64,000 nucleotides of DNA from Clostridia bacterium. GTDB lineage: Bacteria; Bacillota; Clostridia; UMGS1883; UMGS1540. Location of the stretch: positions 1-64,000 of the forward strand of contig JAZSIR010000020.1 of the NCBI GenBank assembly GCA_045533905.1, written 5' to 3'. Below are positions 53,376 through 61,377 of this stretch, one piece after another. The notes under the pieces were generated by a model. The model did no database searches. It was not told the origin of the DNA and saw only the letters and a program-made list of their open reading frames with translations. Position numbers and translations under genes: made by a program. Within the stretch, counting starts at the first letter, position 1, and each line of letters starts with the position of its first letter.

Positions 53376-54464
53376 TTATTCCTCTGTTTCCGCTTCGGCC
53401 GGCGTTTCGGGTTCGAGGGGCGCTTCTTCCAACGCGGTATCGCTCTTAATTTGGTTGATACGTGCCGCCAAAACAGCCGCCACAATCACGCCTACAATTA
53501 AAAGAAGCGTCTGCACAATACCGTTTGTTACCATAACAACCGCACAAAGGCCTAAAACGGTGCACATAAGATAGATGATGCTTACTGTCTTTTTCTGCGA
53601 GAAGCCCATATCCAGCACTCTGTGGTGAATATGATCTCTGTCTGGGCTCATAATCGGCTTGCCCGCCTTCACACGGCGGAAGATGGCAAATCCGGTATCA
53701 AAGAGCGGCAGGCCCAGAACCAGAAACGGAACCGCCACGCTGATAACCGCATAGCTTTTGAAAAGCCCCATGATGGAAACAGTTGCAAGCGTAAAACCCA
53801 AGAAAGTTGACCCTGTATCTCCCATAAAAATTTTGGCCGGGTTGAAATTATACGGCAAAAACCCAAAGCAGGAACCTGCCAGTGCTGCCGTTAAAAGCGC
53901 AACTTCAAATTCGCCGACAATAAGCGCAATACAGAAAAGGGACATACAGGCGATGGAACTTACACCTGCCGCGAGACCATCGAGGCCATCAATAAGATTT
54001 ACCGCGTTCGTAACGCCAACCACCCAGAAAATCGTGAGCGGGATGCCCCAAAAACCGAGCGCCATAACACCGCTTTCGGAAATAAACGTCGGCACCGAAA
54101 TCCATTCGATGCGAACACCATGTAAAATCAAAATAATGGCCGCAAGAATCTGGAACGGAAGCTTCGTTTTGGCGCTAAGCTGCTTCGCGTCATCCACAAT
54201 GCCAACAACGAGGATAACGAGAGCGCCTAAAACAAGACCGCGCACCCCTTTATCCACAATTCCAAACAAAATGATACTTACAATAAAGCCATAAAACATC
54301 GAAAGACCGCCAAGAAGCGGGATTGGCTTTTTGTGCACACGTCTTGCCTCGTCCGGTTTGTCAACTATCCCCACGCGCATTGCAATACGCTTTACAAAAG
54401 GCGTCGTTAAAAACGTAATAATAAATGCCGTGGCAAATGCGAAAAGCAAAAGAAATCTATCCAT
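53376..54464 (-). CDS. Undecaprenyl-phosphate GlcNAc-1-phosphate transferase (TagO/WecA)
   Basis: DKP..RRVH..PIP.LGG, GIVDD, NAVNLIDGLDGL, IFMGDTG, DRDHIHH. Confidence 0.92.
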   Translation of the reverse strand: MDRFLLLFAFATAFIITFLTTPFVKRIAMRVGIVDKPDEARRVHKKPIPLLGGLSMFYGFIVSIILFGIVDKGVRGLVLGALVILVVGIVDDAKQLSAKTKLPFQILAAIILILHGVRIEWISVPTFISESGVMALGFWGIPLTIFWVVGVTNAVNLIDGLDGLAAGVSSIACMSLFCIALIVGEFEVALLTAALAGSCFGFLPYNFNPAKIFMGDTGSTFLGFTLATVSIMGLFKSYAVISVAVPFLVLGLPLFDTGFAIFRRVKAGKPIMSPDRDHIHHRVLDMGFSQKKTVSIIYLMCTVLGLCAVVMVTNGIVQTLLLIVGVIVAAVLAARINQIKSDTALEEAPLEPETPAEAETEE

Positions 54465-54491
54465 AGCTATGCTCCTTTCGGGCGTTCTTTA

Positions 54492-55490
54492 TTAGAGACG
54501 CGGCATAAAGCCAAGCTTATCGTATACGGTGCGGAGCGTTTTTTCAGCAATCTCTGCTGCCTTTTCCGCACCCGTTTTAGAAATCGTTTCAAGATACGAA
54601 GGATCTTCCGAAAGCGCCTTATATTTTTCCTGCACAGGGCGAAGCTCTTCGCAAATTGCCTCTGCTACGCGCGATTTCAAAGCGCCATAGCCTTGCCCCT
54701 CAAATTCAAGAGCGGCTTCTTCCGGCTTCTTCCCAATAATTGCACCGTAGATAGACAAGAGGTTGTTTACGCCGTGTTTGCCTTCGCGATATGCAATTTC
54801 GCCGTCAGAGTCCGTAACGGCACGCTTGATTTTCTTTGTGATGACTTCAGGGGGATCCAGCACCCAGATGTACCCGTTCGGGTTCGGGTCGCTCTTGCTC
54901 ATTTTGCTTGTTGGATCCTGCAGACTCATAACGCGCGCACCAACAGGCGGAATATAGCCCTCCGGCACTGTGAATGTATCCCCGTAAATATGATTAAAGC
55001 GAATCGCAATATCACGTGCAAGCTCCAGATGCTGCTTTTGGTCTACGCCCACAGGCACGAGATCCGACTGATACAGAAGAATATCTGCTGCCATTAAAAC
55101 CGGGTATGTAAAAAGGCCGGCATTGATATTATCCTCATGCTTTGCAGATTTATCCTTAAACTGCGTCATACGGGAAAGTTCGCCCATATACGTATGACAA
55201 CCGAGCACCCACGAAAGCTCCGCGTGCGCAGACACGTGGGACTGGAAAAACACAAGGCTCTTATCAGGGTCAATACCGCAGGCGAGATAAATCGCCAGAA
55301 ACTGGCGGCAACGCTCGCGGAGTTCCTCAGGATTTTGCCGCACCGTAATAGAATGCATATCCACAACGGAATAGATGCATCTGTAATCCTCCTGCAGTTT
55401 TACCCAGTTTTTAAGGGCACCGATATAGTTACCGAGCGTTACACACCCTGTGGGCTGTACGCCACTGAAAATCATTTTTTTATCTTGCAT
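54492..55490 (-). CDS. trpS: Tryptophan--tRNA ligase
   Basis: SGVQPTG..TLGN, YPVLMAADI, VGVDQKQH, KMSKS. Confidence 0.97.
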   Translation of the reverse strand: MQDKKMIFSGVQPTGCVTLGNYIGALKNWVKLQEDYRCIYSVVDMHSITVRQNPEELRERCRQFLAIYLACGIDPDKSLVFFQSHVSAHAELSWVLGCHTYMGELSRMTQFKDKSAKHEDNINAGLFTYPVLMAADILLYQSDLVPVGVDQKQHLELARDIAIRFNHIYGDTFTVPEGYIPPVGARVMSLQDPTSKMSKSDPNPNGYIWVLDPPEVITKKIKRAVTDSDGEIAYREGKHGVNNLLSIYGAIIGKKPEEAALEFEGQGYGALKSRVAEAICEELRPVQEKYKALSEDPSYLETISKTGAEKAAEIAEKTLRTVYDKLGFMPRL

Positions 55491-56652
55491 TTCGAATTAC
55501 CTCTCCAAGTCTCTTAATACCTTCGCGCGTTTTGTCGGGCGCGGTAAGGGAGTAGTTCAGGCGCATATATCTTGCCCCTTCCTCCGGAACCGGCATACAG
55601 GTAGAACCAGCTACAAAAGCAACCTTGTTTTCCACAGCCACCTTCAAAAGTGCATCTGTGTCATATCCTTCGGGCAGTGTGCACCAAAGGAATATGCCAC
55701 CCTCGGGCACGGTATGTGTGCACCCTTCGGGGAAAAATTCGTCGATTGCCGAAAGCATTGCGGAAGAACGTTCTCGATATAAAACCTTGCTCTTTTCAAT
55801 GTGCGCATCAAAGTCATATATCTTGAAAAATTCCGAGGCCATCATCTGCGGAAGCACTGCGGTGTGTACATCCGAAACCTGCTTGCAGATAATCATCTTA
55901 GAAAGAATATCTTCTCTTGCAATGGCCCACCCGAGACGAAGCCCGGGGGAAATCGTTTTAGAATACGAACCTGCATAAATAACGCGGCCTTGCGTATCAA
56001 AAGATTTAATCGTAGGGACCTCTTCGCCCGTATAGCGAAGCTCGCCGTACGGATTATCTTCCAAAATGTAAAAATCATATTTTTCTGCAAGAGCCAGAAG
56101 CTTCTTTCTCTTTGCTTCGCACATCGTAATGCCGGAAGGATTCTGGAAGGTGGAAATAGTATATACCATTTTAATCTTCTGCGTTTTGAGGTATTCCTCA
56201 AGCGCTTCGAGGTTCATACCATCCTCTTCTATTTCTATGCCGTGCAGTTTTACATTGTAGGAACGGAGAGAATTCATCCCGCCGATAAAGCTCGGCGATT
56301 CAAGCACAACCGTATCCCCTTCGTTCAGAAGGGACTTGAAGGTGAGATCAAGAGCCTGCTGTCCGCCGGAAGTAATAATAAGGTCATCGTGCGGATGAAG
56401 GTTCCCCATCTTTTCCATTCGTGCCTTTGTATATTCACGAAGCGGAACGTACCCTTCCGTAACCCCATACTGCAGAGCCACACGAGCGTTCTCTTTCAAA
56501 ATTTTATGCGAAATTTCGCCGAGAAGGTCCCCGGGGAAAAGCTCAGGTGCCGGTGCACCGCCGGCAAACGAAATAATATCCGGCTGTGCAAGCAGTTTGA
56601 ACATCTCACGGATTGCAGAGCCTTTCAGGCTTTTCACTCTATCAGCAAACAT
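55480..56652 (-). CDS. PLP-dependent class I/II aminotransferase (LysN/ARO8-like)
   Basis: SAIRE, ISFAGG.P, ALQYG, FQNPSG, EDNPY, SYSKTISPGLRLG. Confidence 0.9.
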   Translation of the reverse strand: MFADRVKSLKGSAIREMFKLLAQPDIISFAGGAPAPELFPGDLLGEISHKILKENARVALQYGVTEGYVPLREYTKARMEKMGNLHPHDDLIITSGGQQALDLTFKSLLNEGDTVVLESPSFIGGMNSLRSYNVKLHGIEIEEDGMNLEALEEYLKTQKIKMVYTISTFQNPSGITMCEAKRKKLLALAEKYDFYILEDNPYGELRYTGEEVPTIKSFDTQGRVIYAGSYSKTISPGLRLGWAIAREDILSKMIICKQVSDVHTAVLPQMMASEFFKIYDFDAHIEKSKVLYRERSSAMLSAIDEFFPEGCTHTVPEGGIFLWCTLPEGYDTDALLKVAVENKVAFVAGSTCMPVPEEGARYMRLNYSLTAPDKTREGIKRLGEVIRNAR

Positions 56653-56788
56653 ATTCTCATCTCCAGTACTTTTTTGAACATTTATATTATAATACCATAT
56701 CAGAAGAAAAAAGTAAAGAAAAAATTTCCGCACAAACAAAGCCGCCGCCACTCCGGCAAGGAGTAGCGGCGATCAGTTTGTTCTTCTT

Positions 56789-57862
56789 TTATTTCACTTC
56801 GATTCTCCATCCAAACGGGTCAGCCTTTGTGCCGTTTTGGATGCCGGTGATTTCATCATAAATCTTCTGGCTGGTTTCACCGATTTCACCGTTTCCGATG
56901 GTGAATACTTCATCTTTGAAGCGAAGCTTGCCGACAGGAGAAATTACAGCTGCCGTGCCGGTGCCGAAAACTTCCTCAAGCGTGCCATTCTTGCTGGCTT
57001 CCACAAGCTCGTCAACAGAAATCTTTCTTTCTTCTACCGGGAGACCCCATGCTCTGCAAAGGTGCAGAACAGAATCTCTTGTAATGCCCGGAAGGATACT
57101 GCCGCTGAGCATCGGGGTTACAATTTTGCCGGAAATCTTAAAGAAGATGTTCATAGCGCCGACTTCTTCGATATACTTTCTTTCCACACCGTCCAGCCAC
57201 AGAACCTGCGAGTAGCCATCATCGTGTGCTTTTACCTGTGCCGCAAGGCTGACGGCATAGTTACCACCTGTTTTTGCAAAGCCCATACCACCACGGACTG
57301 CGCGAACATATTCGTCTTCAATCCAGATGCCAACCGGAGCAAGACCGGACTTATAGTAAGCGCCACTCGGCGACAGGATAACAATAAATTTATAAGTCTG
57401 GGAAGGAGCAACGCCCAAAAATTCGTCCGTTGCAATAATGAAGGGACGAATGTAGAGAGAGGTGCCGGGTTCCTTCGGAATCCAGTCTTTATCGACTGCA
57501 ACAACCGCCTTCACAGCTTCTACAAAGTATTCTTCGGGAAGTTCGGGGATGCAAAGACGTTCATTCGTCTTATTGGTACGCTTGGCGTTCATATCAGGAC
57601 GGAAAAGGTATATATTGCCGTCTGCGCCGTTGTATGCTTTGAGGCCTTCGAACATTTCCTGGCCGTAATGGAACACCATAGCAGAAGGTGCGAGCGAAAG
57701 ATTCTGATACGGAACGATGCGGGCATCATGCCAGCCTTTGCCTTCCGTATAGTCCATCACAAACATATGGTCTGTAAAAATCTTACCGAAGCCCAGGTTT
57801 GTCGGATCGGGCTTTGCCTTCGGCGTGGTGGTTTTTGTAATTGTAATATTCATCGTATTCAT
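56789..57862 (-). CDS. ilvE: Branched-chain amino acid aminotransferase
   Basis: HYGQEMFEGLKAY, LYIRP, KTGGNY, EEVGAMN, ILPGITR, GTAAVISP. Confidence 0.96.
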   Translation of the reverse strand: MNTMNITITKTTTPKAKPDPTNLGFGKIFTDHMFVMDYTEGKGWHDARIVPYQNLSLAPSAMVFHYGQEMFEGLKAYNGADGNIYLFRPDMNAKRTNKTNERLCIPELPEEYFVEAVKAVVAVDKDWIPKEPGTSLYIRPFIIATDEFLGVAPSQTYKFIVILSPSGAYYKSGLAPVGIWIEDEYVRAVRGGMGFAKTGGNYAVSLAAQVKAHDDGYSQVLWLDGVERKYIEEVGAMNIFFKISGKIVTPMLSGSILPGITRDSVLHLCRAWGLPVEERKISVDELVEASKNGTLEEVFGTGTAAVISPVGKLRFKDEVFTIGNGEIGETSQKIYDEITGIQNGTKADPFGWRIEVK

Positions 57863-57922
57863 CCTTTCTATGTACTTACCCGTACATTATACACCTGTTA
57901 TTTCAAAAAATCCAGTCTTTTT

Positions 57923-58795
57923 TTAATTAAATATTCCATATACATCCGCAGCCGCACGAGACATAGATGTTACAGCCTCGCCAATATCCGTAAGATCACC
58001 GAGAAGGAATACGAGCGCAAAGTCGCCACCCTCGGAAAATACGATTGCTACATCATTTTGCACATCTGCAAGCTCGCCCGTTTTATTGGCAATGCGCACA
58101 CCTTCGGGAAGATCAGCCGGAATCTTGCCGCGTCTTGTCTGACGGAGAAGAAGGTCGAGCATATCTTTGTAGGGCGTAGCCTCGCGGTTTTCATACAGCT
58201 TTTTGAAGAATGAAAGCACATCGTTTACCGAAGAGTAGTTCTCAATGCCGGCATCCATCGCATCATAGTCAAGCATCTTTCGATTGAGGCGTGTGTCATT
58301 ATAGCCGTTTTCAGCAAAATAGGCATTGAACGTATCCATACCGAAGGCATTCATAAATACATTGGCAGACTCATTGCCGCTGGCGGTAATCATATCTTCC
58401 AGAAGTGCTTCTATGGTTTCACCCTCATATGTATCAGAAAGTGCTACATCCCCCACTGTATTTATGCGATAAAAAACATAGTCCATCATAAACAATTTGA
58501 CGATGCTCGCCGAGGGAACAGCGCTCGAAGCGTTTACATATTCCCCGCCATCTGCGAAGGTGTACACACCCCAGTGTACGCGGCCGGAAACGTCAGAAAA
58601 GCGCCGTGCCATAATGCTTTCGATTTCCTCTGTGTACGGCTTCGGTGTCGGCTCCGGCGTCGGTGTAGGCGTCTGGACAGGTGTCGGTGTCGCCGAGGGT
58701 GCCACCGCCACGTCGCGGCCGCCCCAGGTGGTGATTCCCACCCCGACAGCTAAAACGCATAAAAGCACAATACCTAAAATCAAAAAGTTCTTCAT
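57923..58795 (-). CDS. Membrane-anchored class A beta-lactamase-fold serine hydrolase
   Basis: TM + PT linker; SASIVK (SxxK), MITASGN, ANKTG, NDVAIV. Confidence 0.85.
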   Translation of the reverse strand: MKNFLILGIVLLCVLAVGVGITTWGGRDVAVAPSATPTPVQTPTPTPEPTPKPYTEEIESIMARRFSDVSGRVHWGVYTFADGGEYVNASSAVPSASIVKLFMMDYVFYRINTVGDVALSDTYEGETIEALLEDMITASGNESANVFMNAFGMDTFNAYFAENGYNDTRLNRKMLDYDAMDAGIENYSSVNDVLSFFKKLYENREATPYKDMLDLLLRQTRRGKIPADLPEGVRIANKTGELADVQNDVAIVFSEGGDFALVFLLGDLTDIGEAVTSMSRAAADVYGIFN

Positions 58796-58834
58796 ACATT
58801 CACCCTTCCGTTTCTGTATAGATTGCCTGCAAAA

Positions 58835-59689
58835 TCAAAGGCAGACCGTCTCGCCCGGTTTTATGCTGTGGAGTGCGCCGTGAATATCCAGCCAGAGTGT
58901 GAAAAGCGTCGGGTTATACACCCGGTATCCGTCCGCACTGTACTGAAGTCTTCTGAATGCTTCCACATAGTCATAAATCTCTATATTAGTAGCGTACCAT
59001 ATTTCTTCATTATCTGCAAGCTTTTTGCAAATTTCTTCCATATGCCCCCAATTATTATGGTTATCAAACTCATAGCTATGGCCCCAGATATATAAAAGCC
59101 GCGGGTATCTTCTTGCCTGATAGGTTTTATCAGCCGCAAGATCCATAGCAAGGAACTCGTCGATATACTCTAAAATTTTCGGGTTGTTATGATGTGCCGA
59201 GGGCATCCAGGCGTGAAAATCTTCCGGAATGGTAAAATTATTGTTGTCCCCGCCGAGCGTTCTTGCATACGCGATATCGAGTTCTTTGAGGTACGTTTTT
59301 ATCTGTGCATAGCTTTCTGCATTGCTGAAATTTGTGATGCCGGTATCCGGATAGGCCATCCCGCGGATAATACGGTCACACTTTTTCTCCAGTTCCATTC
59401 GGCACTCTAGTACATCACGGATGCCTTCAATGGGCCGCATATGGCCACTTGCCCTGTGGTTTGCGCCGTGTACGGCAATCTCGTGGCCTTTTGAAAGAAA
59501 ATACGCCTGCACTTCTTCCTTTGTGAAATTTTGTTGCCGCATACATTCACAGTTATGGTTGAAGGTGGCTTTCATTCCATATTTGTCAAACAGCTCCGCG
59601 AGCCGCTTGTCCTGCGGCACCCCATCATCATAGCTGAAGGTGAGAGCCTTGGACTTTCCTCCCGGGAATCGCATAAAAACATATCTCAT
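58835..59689 (-). CDS. Polysaccharide deacetylase (NodB/CE4-like), no signal peptide
   Basis: TFSYDDG, GHEIAVHG..H, GMAYP, WGHSYEF. Confidence 0.88.
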   Translation of the reverse strand: MRYVFMRFPGGKSKALTFSYDDGVPQDKRLAELFDKYGMKATFNHNCECMRQQNFTKEEVQAYFLSKGHEIAVHGANHRASGHMRPIEGIRDVLECRMELEKKCDRIIRGMAYPDTGITNFSNAESYAQIKTYLKELDIAYARTLGGDNNNFTIPEDFHAWMPSAHHNNPKILEYIDEFLAMDLAADKTYQARRYPRLLYIWGHSYEFDNHNNWGHMEEICKKLADNEEIWYATNIEIYDYVEAFRRLQYSADGYRVYNPTLFTLWLDIHGALHSIKPGETVCL

Positions 59690-59872
59690 ACCTTTACACC
59701 TCACGCTGAAAATTAATTATTATGCATATATAATTTTTGTTTCGATGCAGGTTATTCCAAGCGGTATTTTATACCGCACCGCGCGCATTGCGGTGTACGG
59801 ATACAAAAGATTCGTATGCGGGGCGCAATGTATCTCTACCGTTTCTCCCGCGCCTTCCACTCGGCAATATTG

Positions 59873-59901
59873 ATTATAGCACAGCTTGTTTGTAATTTCA
59901 A
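59873..59901 (-). promoter_or_regulatory. SigA promoter about 180 nt upstream of the deacetylase gene
   Basis: TTGAAA-17-TATAAT with extended TG. Confidence 0.75.
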
Positions 59902-59974
59902 CCTTTCACACCAAATTCCGGCAGATTTTGCTGAATTTTCTAAAACGCATAAAGGCGAGCGAGGTAGCGAGAAT

Positions 59975-60210
59975 AAATATCCCCCGTGAAACGGGGGAAT
60001 GTTTATTCTTCCATTGGCATAGTTGGCTTAAAATCTCTCTTATTTCCAGTCGTTTCTATCCAAAAAACACCTTCCTCCTATATTTTGGCGCAAACACTAT
60101 ATGTGTTTTTGGTTTTGACCGGCAGGTCTTTTCCATTATAACACAGTAGGAGGATTCTTTCATCGGTAAACCTTTATTGGGCCGCGCGACTATCGCTTGG
60201 TTTTCGTTAT
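59975..60210 (-). mobile_element. Internally deleted IS200/IS605 remnant
   Basis: TnpA fragment plus the subterminal hairpin CCCCCGT-GAA-ACGGGGG at 59981-59997; boundaries approximate. Confidence 0.75.
60002..60103 (-). pseudogene. tnpA: IS200 Y1 transposase TnpA fragment
   Basis: Translates as HIVFAPKYRRKVFFG*KRLEIREILSQLCQWKNK; in-frame TAG, no start codon, HUH region missing. Confidence 0.85.
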
Positions 60211-60216
60211 ACAACA

Positions 60217-60244
60217 AAAAGGAACCGAAAATTCGGTTCCTTTT
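60217..60244 (-). terminator. Terminator after fba
   Basis: aaaaggaaccgaa-aa-ttcggttcctttt. Confidence 0.8.
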
Positions 60245-60257
60245 ATCGTTTATGGGA

Positions 60258-61193
60258 TTATGCCTTGCCGTTGCAACCGAGAACGTTTACGAGCTTATGC
60301 TTTACGAGGCCCTTGATAGCTTCTCTTGCCGGCTTCAAGTACTGACGGGGATCGAAGTGATCCGGATGTTCTGCGAAGTGCTTGCGGATGCTGCCTGTGA
60401 GAGCGAGACGAAGGTCAGAGTCGATGTTGATCTTGCAAACGCTCATAGAAGCGGCCTTGCGAAGCATATCTTCCGGAATACCGATTGCATCCGGCATCTG
60501 ACCGCCGTTTGCATTGATCATTTCAACAAATTCCGGAATAACGGAAGAAGCACCGTGAAGAACGATCGGGAAGCCCGGAAGCTTTTCGCTTACCTTTTCG
60601 AGAATGTCGAAACGGAGCTGCGGCTTCTGGCCCGGCTTGAACTTGTAAGCGCCATGGCTTGTACCAATAGCGATTGCAAGAGAGTCAACGCCTGTGCGTT
60701 CTACGAATTCGATAACCTGAGCGGGATCTGTGTAGGAAGCATCTTCTTCAGATACATTAACTGCATCTTCGATACCAGCCAGACGGCCAAGTTCGCCTTC
60801 TACAACAACGCCCTTGTCATGTGCATATTCAACAACCTGACGGGTGAGCTTAATGTTATCTTCAAAGCTGTGGTGAGAACCATCGATCATAACGGAGGTG
60901 AAACCGCCGTCGATGCAGGATTTGCAGAGTTCGAAGGTATCGCCGTGATCAAGGTGAACACAGATCGGAAGGTCTGTTTCAATGATAGCTGCTTCAATCA
61001 GCTTCATAAGGTAGGTGTGGTTTGCATACTTACGTGCACCTGCGGAAACCTGCAGAATAAGGGGTGCATTTTCTTCCTTTGCAGCCTCTGTGATACCCTG
61101 GATGATTTCCATGTTGTTTACGTTGAAAGCACCGATAGCGTAGCCGCCTTCATATGCTTTCTTGAACATTTCTTTGCTTGTTACGATAGGCAT
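60258..61193 (-). CDS. fba: Class II fructose-1,6-bisphosphate aldolase
   Basis: GAFNVNN, HLDHG, SVMIDGS, EGELG, GTSHG, LHGAS, KINIDSD. Confidence 0.96.
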   Translation of the reverse strand: MPIVTSKEMFKKAYEGGYAIGAFNVNNMEIIQGITEAAKEENAPLILQVSAGARKYANHTYLMKLIEAAIIETDLPICVHLDHGDTFELCKSCIDGGFTSVMIDGSHHSFEDNIKLTRQVVEYAHDKGVVVEGELGRLAGIEDAVNVSEEDASYTDPAQVIEFVERTGVDSLAIAIGTSHGAYKFKPGQKPQLRFDILEKVSEKLPGFPIVLHGASSVIPEFVEMINANGGQMPDAIGIPEDMLRKAASMSVCKINIDSDLRLALTGSIRKHFAEHPDHFDPRQYLKPAREAIKGLVKHKLVNVLGCNGKA

Positions 61194-61229
61194 AATTGTT
61201 ACTCCCTTTCTATTTTTTCTTTACGAAAT

Positions 61230-61258
61230 ATTATACCACAAACCCTTTGGCAGGTCAA
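61230..61258 (-). promoter_or_regulatory. SigA promoter of fba
   Basis: TTGACC-17-TATAAT. Confidence 0.7.
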
Positions 61259-61377
61259 TACATAATTTCATATTTTTACAAAAAAGACGAAAATTTTTCT
61301 AAAAAGAAAAAAGAAAGAATACTATGCAATTCTTCGGGGAAAATAAGCACACTACGTTTTTTCGGAGGCGTGCAAAT

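Noticed and set aside
58635-58710. Short tandem-like GC repeats
   Set aside because: They encode the Pro-Thr linker of the serine hydrolase; not a CRISPR or mobile repeat.
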